DNA of 64,000 nt from Bacteroidota bacterium (GTDB lineage Bacteria; Bacteroidota; Bacteroidia; Chitinophagales; JADIYW01): assembly GCA_020436225.1 (NCBI GenBank), contig JAGQYE010000070.1, positions 16,975 to 80,974 on the forward strand. Reading direction: 5' to 3'. Below, piece after piece: positions 36,177 to 44,433 of the stretch. Below the pieces are notes generated by a model. That model made no database searches and had not been told where the DNA came from. It saw only the letters and a list, made by a program, of their open reading frames with translations. Position 1 is the first letter of the stretch; every line of letters begins with the position of its first letter. The position numbers were made by a program, and so were the translations under genes.

Positions 36177-37424
36177 ATGAAATGTACAATTTTGTCAATC
36201 GGCGATGAATTATTGATTGGCCAAACCTTAAATACAAATGCTTTTTGGATTTCACAAAAGATGAATGAAATTGGCGTTGATGTGATTCATCATATTTCAT
36301 TAAGTGATGAAAAAAATGATATTATTTCGTGTTTAAATGATGCACTTGAAAAATCGAGTATAGTGTTGATTACAGGTGGCTTAGGTCCAACTTCTGATGA
36401 TATAACTAAAGATGTTTTATGCTCATTTTTTGGCGGAAAATTAGTCTTTAACGAAGCAGCCTATGCCAATATTGAACGCATATTTTCCAATAGAAAACAC
36501 TTGATTAATGAGGCGACAAAACTGGTAGCATTTCTGCCGGATTGTTGCGAAGTTATCCAAAATAAAAATGGTACTGCTGCAGGAATGATTTTTACAAAAG
36601 ATAATAAAACAGTGGTGTCTATGCCGGGCGTTCCTTATGAAATGCAAAGCATGATTAGTGATGACGTAATTCCATATCTAAAAGAAAAATACCAATTGTC
36701 GTTTATTTTTCATCGCAACATTTTAACAGCAGGTGTTGGCGAAACTGTGTTAGCAGATAGATTGATAGATTTTGAAAAAAATAAAGATGAGAGAATCAAA
36801 ATAGCATATTTGCCGAGTGTTGGTAAAGTTCGATTACGCTTAACGATTAAAGGAGATAATGAAGACGAATTAAAAGCGATAATCGAAGCTGCCAAGCAAG
36901 AAGTTGTTTCTAAAATCAATGAATTTATTTTTGGATATGATGACGAAACTTTGGAACAAAGTATCGGAAAAATGTTGTTAGAAAATAACTTACAATTAGG
37001 CACAGCTGAAAGTTGTACCGGTGGTTATCTAGCGCATTTAATTACGTCAGTTTCCGGAAGCTCAGCATATTACAAAGGAAGTGTAATTGCTTATTCGAAC
37101 GAAATCAAAAATGCACTGCTCAATGTTGATGAAACAATCCTAAACGAACATGGCGCGGTTAGCGAAGCAACAGTCAATGCCATGATTAATGGTGCTATTA
37201 GTCAATTGAATGTTGACGTTGCCATTGCTATTTCAGGTGTTGCCGGACCAAGTGGCGGAACTGCTGAAAAACCTGTAGGCACTGTATTTATTGGTGTTGG
37301 AAATAAACAGACTTCATTTGTGAAGAAATATTTATTTACCAAAAATAGAGAACGCAATATTCAAATTGCTGCGGTTGTGGCATTAGTAATGTTGCGTAAA
37401 TTTATTAAGGATAATTACTCTTAA
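36177..37424 (+). CDS. cinA: CinA family protein (MoCF-like domain plus NMN deamidase PncC domain)
   Basis: ILSIGDELLIGQTLNTNAFW, ITGGLGPTSDDITK, and C-terminal TAESCTGG...GVAGPSGG. Confidence 0.9.
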   Translation: MKCTILSIGDELLIGQTLNTNAFWISQKMNEIGVDVIHHISLSDEKNDIISCLNDALEKSSIVLITGGLGPTSDDITKDVLCSFFGGKLVFNEAAYANIERIFSNRKHLINEATKLVAFLPDCCEVIQNKNGTAAGMIFTKDNKTVVSMPGVPYEMQSMISDDVIPYLKEKYQLSFIFHRNILTAGVGETVLADRLIDFEKNKDERIKIAYLPSVGKVRLRLTIKGDNEDELKAIIEAAKQEVVSKINEFIFGYDDETLEQSIGKMLLENNLQLGTAESCTGGYLAHLITSVSGSSAYYKGSVIAYSNEIKNALLNVDETILNEHGAVSEATVNAMINGAISQLNVDVAIAISGVAGPSGGTAEKPVGTVFIGVGNKQTSFVKKYLFTKNRERNIQIAAVVALVMLRKFIKDNYS

Positions 37425-37493
37425 TTTCTTTTTGTTGCATTTTAGGTTTCGTATCAGAGAAATAAGTTTTTTCATAGCATAACATCTTAAAGA

Positions 37494-37536
37494 AAATGCT
37501 GTGTGTTTAACTAAATAAATGCTGTGTGTTTAACTA
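37494..37536. repeat. Tandem direct repeat, 2 x 20 bp (AAATGCTGTGTGTTTAACTA) with a 3-bp spacer
   Basis: Perfect copies at 37494-37513 and 37517-37536. Confidence 0.85.
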
Positions 37537-37539
37537 TAC

Positions 37540-37581
37540 GCAGAGTCCACTACGTGAGACTCTGCTTGCAACAGATAATTA
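37540..37581. repeat. Hairpin repeat, CAGAGTCCAC family (copy A)
   Basis: GCAGAGTCCAC-TAC-GTG(A)GACTCTGC forms an 11-bp stem with one bulge. The blocks CAGAGTCCAC...CTGCTTG...AG.TAATTA are shared with 43790-43828. Confidence 0.6.
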
Positions 37582-37690
37582 CTCTTGATTTTATTTTTAA
37601 TTCTTTTTGAGTTTTCGCATCCAGAAAAATAAATTTGATTTTCGATAGTTTTATTAATTCTTGTATCTTGTATCATAAATAGAATAAAAA

Positions 37691-39124
37691 ATGGCAGCAT
37701 ATAAATTGTTAATGCCTAAAATGGGCGAAAGTGTTATAGAAGCCACTATATTAACTTGGCATAAAAAAGTTGGAGATACCGTAACCGAGCAAGAAATAAT
37801 TTTAGAAGTTGCAACTGATAAAGTGGACTCTGAAGTACCTTGTCCGGTAAGTGGTGTGGTAAAGCAATTGCTTCATGATGTAGATGCTGTTGTTGGAGTA
37901 GGCGAGCCATTAGCTATTATTGAAGTGGATGGAGATGTGCCTGAACAATTTGTTCCTAAAAAAGAAAAAGAAGAAACAGAAGTTGATGAAGTAGAATCAA
38001 CCTCAACACCAATTGTAGAAGAAAAGAAAGAAGAAATTAAAATAAAAGCAGAACCAGAAATTAACCAACAACAACAAGCAATACAAGAAGTTCAGCACAA
38101 AGTAGATGTTGCACAAAATGAATCTTCATTCACGCCAGCATTTTCATCTAATAAATATTATTCGCCTTTAGTGTTGAGCATTGCACAAGCAGAAAATATT
38201 TCCATGCGAGAATTGGAACAAATTACTGGAACCGGCGCAGATAATAGAGTGACAAAAGAAGATATTTTAGAGTACTTAAAAAACAGAAAAAGTGGAAATG
38301 TAAACCAAAAAATCCAAGCACAAACAGAAATTTCTAAACCAGAAATTGTAAAAAAATCAACACCTATAGTTGAAGATATAAAAGCTGAAATACCAATAAA
38401 ATCAAATACTTCAAGTAATGTAGAAATTATCGAAATGGACAGAATGCGCAAGTTGATAGCACATCACATGACTAATTCAAGGAAAACGGCTGCGCATGTG
38501 TCATCATTTGTGGAATGTGATGTTACCAATATTGTAAAATGGCGCGATAAATACAAAGACAGTTTTAAAAAGAGAGAAGGTTTTAATTTATCATTTATGC
38601 CGATTTTTGTTGATGCCATTACTAAAGCTATCAAAGATTATCCGATGATAAATATTAGTGTTGATGGCGATAAAATCATCAGAAAAAAATACATCAATAT
38701 TGGTATTGCAACAGCATTGCCCAATGGCAATTTAATAGTTCCGGTAGTTCGAAATACTGATCAAAAAAGTTTGTTAGGTATAGCGAAAGAAATGAACAAT
38801 ATTGTGGTAAAAGCAAGAAATAATGCATTACAACCTGATGATGTATTGGACGGAACTTATACCATTTCAAACATCGGAACATTTGGAAATATTATTGGAA
38901 CACCAATCATCAATCAACCGCAAGTTGCTATTATGGCGGTTGGCTCTATCACGAAAAAGCCGGTTGTAATTGAAGTGGACGGACAAGATGTTATTGCCAT
39001 CCGCCACATGCTTTATCTCTCTCATACGTATGATCATCGTGTTGTTGATGGTCAATTAGGTGGCTTGTTTGTAAAAAAAGTTGCTGATTATTTAGAAAAA
39101 TTTGACATAGGTCAAGAAATTTAG
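37691..39124 (+). CDS. 2-oxoacid dehydrogenase E2 component (dihydrolipoamide acyltransferase)
   Basis: Lipoyl domain (EVATDKVDSEVP), a Glu/Lys-rich linker, an E3-binding segment, and the catalytic SHTYDHRVVDG. Confidence 0.9.
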   Translation: MAAYKLLMPKMGESVIEATILTWHKKVGDTVTEQEIILEVATDKVDSEVPCPVSGVVKQLLHDVDAVVGVGEPLAIIEVDGDVPEQFVPKKEKEETEVDEVESTSTPIVEEKKEEIKIKAEPEINQQQQAIQEVQHKVDVAQNESSFTPAFSSNKYYSPLVLSIAQAENISMRELEQITGTGADNRVTKEDILEYLKNRKSGNVNQKIQAQTEISKPEIVKKSTPIVEDIKAEIPIKSNTSSNVEIIEMDRMRKLIAHHMTNSRKTAAHVSSFVECDVTNIVKWRDKYKDSFKKREGFNLSFMPIFVDAITKAIKDYPMINISVDGDKIIRKKYINIGIATALPNGNLIVPVVRNTDQKSLLGIAKEMNNIVVKARNNALQPDDVLDGTYTISNIGTFGNIIGTPIINQPQVAIMAVGSITKKPVVIEVDGQDVIAIRHMLYLSHTYDHRVVDGQLGGLFVKKVADYLEKFDIGQEI

Positions 39125-39354
39125 TATATTTACGTTTAAAGCGTAAATGCAAAACAAAGATGAATTCTAAATTGATATTGTTTTGAATTTGATATTCTTA
39201 TTTCATAATAATGATTCAAATTAGTAGAATTCATTTAAAACAAATGTTATGATTGAAATTTTTACTTGCTATTAATTAGATTATTTTGATATTTGGCGTT
39301 TTCGTTTTTTATTGAATTTTTTATTCTTACTAAAAATTATGAAAACCTTTTAAT

Positions 39355-39981
39355 ATGGCAAAGAATTCTTCACTTTCAGCACTTCACAATCAGAAACTTG
39401 CTAAATATCGACAAAATTTAATAGCATACTTTCTTCAATTATATCCTGAAGCAAATCTTGAAGAATTAGAAGAAGTAGCGCAAGCATTTACTTTAGGCAC
39501 GTTTGAAAAAAAACAGATTATTTTGAGTTCAGGAGAACATTCAAATACAGTTTATTTTATTTGTGAAGGTCTTGTTCGTATTTATTATGTTAAAGAAGAG
39601 AAAGAAATTACCACTTGGTTTATTAAAGAAAATATGATATTTGCTTCTGCTTATTCTATTCTCACTAAAGATGTGAATTACAGTAATTATGAAGCATTGG
39701 AAAAATGTACTTATTTAAAAATTGAATACAACGTATTTGAAGAATTTTATCATAAATATTTTTCAATTGCACATCTTGGAAGACGCATTATTGAAGCATA
39801 TTATGGTTTATTTATGAAACGAACACAAGATGTTTTATTTCTTTCAGCAGAAGAAAGATATTCAACATTCACCGAACATAATTCAGATTTAATAAATCGA
39901 GTTCCTCTGCGATATGTTGCATCATATTTAGGAATCACTCAAGAAACACTAAGTCGTCTCAGAGCTAAAACAAATAAATAG
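39355..39981 (+). CDS. Crp/Fnr family transcriptional regulator (tandem paralogue 1)
   Basis: cNMP-like domain and the HTH ASYLGITQETLSRLRAK (E--SR recognition motif). Confidence 0.8.
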   Translation: MAKNSSLSALHNQKLAKYRQNLIAYFLQLYPEANLEELEEVAQAFTLGTFEKKQIILSSGEHSNTVYFICEGLVRIYYVKEEKEITTWFIKENMIFASAYSILTKDVNYSNYEALEKCTYLKIEYNVFEEFYHKYFSIAHLGRRIIEAYYGLFMKRTQDVLFLSAEERYSTFTEHNSDLINRVPLRYVASYLGITQETLSRLRAKTNK

Positions 39982-40127
39982 TTAGATAAATTTTTTGTTA
40001 AACTTTATTATTTTTTAGAATTACAAAAACATTAATTCTCTAAAGTACGTTAAGGTATAAATCAAGTTTTAAAAAAAAACTTTTTATATTGTTCGAAGAA
40101 AAGAACGTAACAAACTACTTAGCTGAA

Positions 40128-40739
40128 ATGGCACAAAAATCTATTATTCAAAGAGAAAAACTTGCACGTAAAGAATTAGAAGAATATCTAGTTTCTGTTG
40201 GAAAATGCACCAATGCAGAAATGGAAGAGTTAATGCAACATTTTGAATTTGTTTCGGCAAATAAGAATCAAATAATTATCGATAAAGATGAAGTTATAGA
40301 ACATTTTTATTATATCTATGAAGGTATTGTGAAAATATATTATTATTACAATGAGAAACAAGTTATCGAACGTTTTGAAAATGAAAAAGGATTTTTTGGT
40401 GGTAATTTTTCACATTTAACTAAAGTAAAAGGCACACACGTTTACGAAGCTGTTGAGAATACGAGCTTGTTACGAATAAGACAGGCAGATTTAGAAATTT
40501 TATGTCAAAAATCTCATAACATCGAACATACTTATCGAGTAAGTTTAGAAAACTTTCATGCTAATTTTGTCAGACGATTAACTTACTTTAAATCTTTTAA
40601 TGCAGAAGAAAAATACAGAGAGTTTGTTCAAAATTATGGCGATATTCTAAATAGAGTGAACTTAAAAGATGTTGCCAATTATTTGGATATTACACCGGAA
40701 ACATTAAGTCGTGTACGCGCTAATTTTGACAAACGCTAA
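40128..40739 (+). CDS. Crp/Fnr family transcriptional regulator (tandem paralogue 2)
   Basis: HTH ANYLDITPETLSRVRAN. The ATG at 40128 (MAQKS...) is preferred over the TTG at 40089 because paralogue 1 begins MAKNS... and has a similar length. Confidence 0.75.
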   Translation: MAQKSIIQREKLARKELEEYLVSVGKCTNAEMEELMQHFEFVSANKNQIIIDKDEVIEHFYYIYEGIVKIYYYYNEKQVIERFENEKGFFGGNFSHLTKVKGTHVYEAVENTSLLRIRQADLEILCQKSHNIEHTYRVSLENFHANFVRRLTYFKSFNAEEKYREFVQNYGDILNRVNLKDVANYLDITPETLSRVRANFDKR

Positions 40740-40751
40740 GTCGATATAAAT

Positions 40752-41948
40752 TTAGTTATTTGCTTCTTTTATTTTATTCCAAATCATCATTTGATTGGAA
40801 AATATTTTAGCAAAACCTTTCACGTCTTCGCCTGTCCAAGCATTATTCATTTCGCCATAACTTCCAAATTTACTTTGCATCAAATCATAAGGCGATTCGA
40901 TACCAATTAATTCAAAATGGTAAGGTTTTAATTGAATAAATACTTTGCCCGAAACATGTTGTTGTGTGTTTGTCAAAAATGCTTCTATATCTCGCATTAA
41001 AGGTTCGTAAAATAAACCTTCGTGTAAATTATTTCCATAAACACCACTAATTTGATCTTTCCAAAAAAGTTGTTGTTTAGTCAATGTATGTTTTTCTAAT
41101 AAATGATGTGCTTTTAAAATAATAATCGGAGCAGCAGCTTCAAATCCAACTCTACCTTTTATACCGATAATGGTATCACCAACGTGAATATCTCTACCAA
41201 TAGCATAAGCACTTGCAATAGCATTTAGTTTTGAAATAATTTCTGTTGGATGAATATATTTTTCGCCATTTAAACCAACTATTTCTCCACGCTCAAATTC
41301 AAGCACAATTTCTTGTTTATTTTCATTCGAAAGTTGCGTAGGATAAGCACTTTCTGGTAATGTTTGTCTGGAAGTCAAAGTTTCTTTTCCGCCAACACTT
41401 GTTCCCCAAATTCCTTGATTGATAGAATAGGCTGCTTTTTGTGCATCAATCGCTACGCCATGTTTTTTCAAATAATCTATTTCTTCTTCTCTCGATAATC
41501 TATTATCACGAATTGGAGTAATGATGCCGGCTTCAGGCAGTACAATATTAAACACCATATCAAAACGCACTTGGTCGTTGCCTGCGCCCGTGCTGCCATG
41601 GGCAATGTAGGCTGCTCCAATTTCTTTAGCATATTCAGCAACGGCAATTGCTTGGAAAACACGTTCTGCAGAAACCGACAATGGATATGTATTATTTTTT
41701 AAAACATTGCCATAAATTAAATAGCGAATACATTTTTCATAATACTCTTTTACTACATCTTTTACTACATATTCTTTTACACCAAGCTGACGTGCTCTTT
41801 CTTCTATAGCTTTTAATTGTTCATCATTGAAACCGCCTGTATTTACTGTGATTGCATAAACATCTAATCCTTTTTCTTCTGTCAGATATTTCACACAATA
41901 CGAAGTATCTAATCCGCCACTATATGCTAAAACTACTTTGTTGTTCAT
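40752..41948 (-). CDS. argG: Argininosuccinate synthase
   Basis: VLAYSGGLDTS, GSTGAGNDQVRF, and a length of 398 aa. Confidence 0.95.
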   Translation of the reverse strand: MNNKVVLAYSGGLDTSYCVKYLTEEKGLDVYAITVNTGGFNDEQLKAIEERARQLGVKEYVVKDVVKEYYEKCIRYLIYGNVLKNNTYPLSVSAERVFQAIAVAEYAKEIGAAYIAHGSTGAGNDQVRFDMVFNIVLPEAGIITPIRDNRLSREEEIDYLKKHGVAIDAQKAAYSINQGIWGTSVGGKETLTSRQTLPESAYPTQLSNENKQEIVLEFERGEIVGLNGEKYIHPTEIISKLNAIASAYAIGRDIHVGDTIIGIKGRVGFEAAAPIIILKAHHLLEKHTLTKQQLFWKDQISGVYGNNLHEGLFYEPLMRDIEAFLTNTQQHVSGKVFIQLKPYHFELIGIESPYDLMQSKFGSYGEMNNAWTGEDVKGFAKIFSNQMMIWNKIKEANN

Positions 41949-41953
41949 CTTTT

Positions 41954-42628
41954 TTATTTTTTGTTGATTTTACTTTTTCCGGCTGTTTTTACTACGCGAA
42001 TACGTTGTGATTTAGGTGTCTTTAATTTTGCCGGAATTTTCTTTTCCACTTTCTTTATTTTGGCAAATTCTTTTTTCTTTTCATCTTTCGGATTAAACAA
42101 CATAGCTGTACACAAACAATTTTTTCTGTCTGTTCTGGTTAAAACATCATAGTTGATACAACTCTTGCAACCACTCCAAAATGCGTCATCTTGTGTGAGT
42201 TCTGAAAACGTAACCGGTTTGTAGCCCAAATCGGAGTTTAATTTCATCACAGCTAAGCTGGTAGTAATACCAAAAATTTTGGCATTTGGATATTTTTTAC
42301 GCGTATATTCAAATACAAACTTTTTGATGCGTTTTGCCAAGCCATGATGTCTGAATTCTTCTTTGATAATTAAGCCTGAATTGGCAACATAATTTTTACC
42401 TTCCCAAGTTTCTATATAACAAAATCCGGCTATATTCTTTTCAGCTGTAAGTGCAATAATCGCCTTTTCTGTACGCATTTTTTCTTTAATGTATTCCGGA
42501 TCGCGTTTGGCAATTCCTGTTCCTCTTTTTTTTGCAGATTCTTCATAGAGTTTACATAACTCATCTGCATATACACTATGCTCACTGTGTGCAATTTGAA
42601 CACTAAATTTTTCTGCTGTTTTTTTCAA
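41954..42628 (-). CDS. GNAT family N-acetyltransferase (arg-cluster associated) with Cys cluster and Lys-rich tail
   Basis: GNAT motif A (HHGLAKRIKKFVFEY). C-terminal CKSC...CLC. The last approximately 45 aa are highly basic. Located 5 nt upstream of argG on the same strand. Confidence 0.75.
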   Translation of the reverse strand: MKKTAEKFSVQIAHSEHSVYADELCKLYEESAKKRGTGIAKRDPEYIKEKMRTEKAIIALTAEKNIAGFCYIETWEGKNYVANSGLIIKEEFRHHGLAKRIKKFVFEYTRKKYPNAKIFGITTSLAVMKLNSDLGYKPVTFSELTQDDAFWSGCKSCINYDVLTRTDRKNCLCTAMLFNPKDEKKKEFAKIKKVEKKIPAKLKTPKSQRIRVVKTAGKSKINKK

Positions 42629-42817
42629 GGTTTATACCGATTAACGTCAAAATGTACAATGCTAACAAAATTAGAATGCAGATTGTAAATTGAATGTTAT
42701 TTTTTATATTGGCCGATGTGCTATTTCTTAATGTTTGATGTCTAATTTTCGATGCTAAGTTGGTACAAAAATTTACGTCAGTTTAAATATTTAACTTCTT
42801 TTAAACAATTGAAGATT

Positions 42818-42835
42818 TTTGAATTTATATTCAAA
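42818..42835. promoter_or_regulatory. Candidate ArgR operator (ARG box) TTTGAATTTATATTCAAA
   Basis: Fits the classical ARG-box consensus WNTGAATWWWWATTCANW at every specified position and has a perfect 7-bp inverted repeat. It lies in the intergenic region between the GNAT-argG operon and lgt. Confidence 0.45.
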
Positions 42836-42848
42836 CAAAATAAATTAC

Positions 42849-42856
42849 TAACTTTG
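42849..42856 (+). promoter_or_regulatory. -7 promoter box (TAACTTTG) for lgt
   Basis: Exact TAnnTTTG match 14 nt before the ATG at 42871. Confidence 0.4.
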
Positions 42857-42870
42857 GCGCAACAAATTTA

Positions 42871-43713
42871 ATGTTTTCTAATATGAGTAGTTTCTTATCT
42901 TTTATTGTGCATTGGAATGCCCGTCCTGAAATTTTTATGATTACGGAAACGTATGGAATTAGATGGTACAGCTTACTGTATGGTGCGGCATTTTTCTTGG
43001 GATATCAAATATTATATTGGGAATTTAAAAGTGAGAATAAAGATACAGAAGGTGCTGACCAATTATTGATGTATATGTTTGTTGCTGTAATTGTTGGTGC
43101 ACGTTTAGGCCATGTTTTCTTTTACGATTGGGCTTATTATAGGCAACATCTTTTAGAGATAGTCCAAATTTGGAAAGGTGGATTAGCCAGCCATGGAGCA
43201 GCAATTGCCATTACCATAGCATTGATTATCTATAAACGCAAACATCCTGAGTTATCTTTCTTTTGGATTATTGACCGCGTAGCGATTCCAACAGCCATTG
43301 GTGCATCGTTTATACGTTTTGGAAATTTTTTCAACTCAGAAATTGTCGGCGATTATACAGACGGAAGTTGGGGCGTTGTATTCGAGCGTTTAGGTGAAAC
43401 CATGCCAAGAGTTCCAATTCAATTGTTCGAAGGCTTTTTATACGTTTTTATTTTTATTGTGCTGATTGCTATTTATATCAAGAAAAAACACAAGCCACAC
43501 GAAGGAACATTAATGTCTATATTTTTAATCATTATGTTTGCAGGTAGATTTTTCTTGGAGTACTGGAAAGTAGATGATAATCCATTAACAATATTTGGAG
43601 CTACTCTTACACATGGTCAGTGGTTAAGTATTCCGTTTGTGTTTGTTTCATTTATCATCTATTATTTGTCGATCCGATTTGGAGAAAAACAAACACAACA
43701 GCAGATAAACTAA
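42871..43713 (+). CDS. lgt: Prolipoprotein diacylglyceryl transferase
   Basis: IRWYSLLYGAAF, GARLGHVFFY, WKGGLASHGAAIA. Polytopic. The start could alternatively be the ATG at 42883. Confidence 0.9.
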   Translation: MFSNMSSFLSFIVHWNARPEIFMITETYGIRWYSLLYGAAFFLGYQILYWEFKSENKDTEGADQLLMYMFVAVIVGARLGHVFFYDWAYYRQHLLEIVQIWKGGLASHGAAIAITIALIIYKRKHPELSFFWIIDRVAIPTAIGASFIRFGNFFNSEIVGDYTDGSWGVVFERLGETMPRVPIQLFEGFLYVFIFIVLIAIYIKKKHKPHEGTLMSIFLIIMFAGRFFLEYWKVDDNPLTIFGATLTHGQWLSIPFVFVSFIIYYLSIRFGEKQTQQQIN

Positions 43714-43789
43714 AATTTATTTTTCTTTTATCTTTTATCTTTCCTCCTCAGCAGAATCTCTTGCAAAGGACTTTATGATTAATTATACT

Positions 43790-43828
43790 CAGAGTCCACA
43801 ATTGAAAACCTGCTTGTGGAAGTAATTA
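43790..43828. repeat. Hairpin repeat, CAGAGTCCAC family (copy B)
   Basis: CAGAGTCCACAATTGAAAACCTGCTTGTGGAAGTAATTA with a 7-bp stem (TCCACAA/TTGTGGA). It sits between the convergent lgt and msrB genes. Confidence 0.55.
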
Positions 43829-43834
43829 AAAAGT

Positions 43835-44374
43835 TTATTTTTCTTTTGGTTTAAAATCCAAACTGATAGAATTTATGCAGTAACGCAATCCGGTTTTATC
43901 TTTCGGTCCATCCGGAAAAACATGGCCTAGATGCGAATGACATTTTCTGCACAATACTTCAATGCGTGTCATGCCATAACTATTATCTATTCGTGTAATA
44001 ACAGATGAATCGCCGACATTATCAAAAAAAGAAGGCCAGCCGCAACCGCTGTGAAATTTAGTGTTTGAAGAAAATAAAAGATTACCACAAGCTTTGCAAT
44101 AGTAATTGCCATCAGCTTTTAAGTCAGTATATTTTCCGGTAAATGCCGGCTCTGTACCGGCTTCACGCAGCACGCGATATTCTTCATCTGTTAAAATGGC
44201 TTTCCATTCTTCTTCTGTTTTTTGTACGCTTGAATTTTCCATATTTTGTTGTGTGTTTAATTGCTTTATACTATCTGACTTAAAAGTTTTAGATGTGCTT
44301 TTGTTGGTTTGGCAACCTGAAAATAAAATTGCTAAACTACAAATCAAACTTAAAAATAATGACTTCAACTTCAT
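43835..44374 (-). CDS. msrB: Peptide-methionine (R)-S-oxide reductase MsrB (lipoprotein form)
   Basis: Lipobox LFSGC. Zinc CxxC pairs (CKACG, CRKCH). GCGWPSF, and RYCINS containing the catalytic Cys. Confidence 0.9.
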   Translation of the reverse strand: MKLKSLFLSLICSLAILFSGCQTNKSTSKTFKSDSIKQLNTQQNMENSSVQKTEEEWKAILTDEEYRVLREAGTEPAFTGKYTDLKADGNYYCKACGNLLFSSNTKFHSGCGWPSFFDNVGDSSVITRIDNSYGMTRIEVLCRKCHSHLGHVFPDGPKDKTGLRYCINSISLDFKPKEK

Positions 44375-44433
44375 AGATGTTTTTTAATATAAACGCTCAA
44401 TAGAATAATAAGTTTTATCTCTATCTTCGCATT

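Noticed and set aside
39128-39148. Hairpin ATTTACG-N7-CGTAAAT after the E2 gene as a terminator
   Set aside because: The stem is only 7 bp and is not followed by a T-run, so it is too weak to call.
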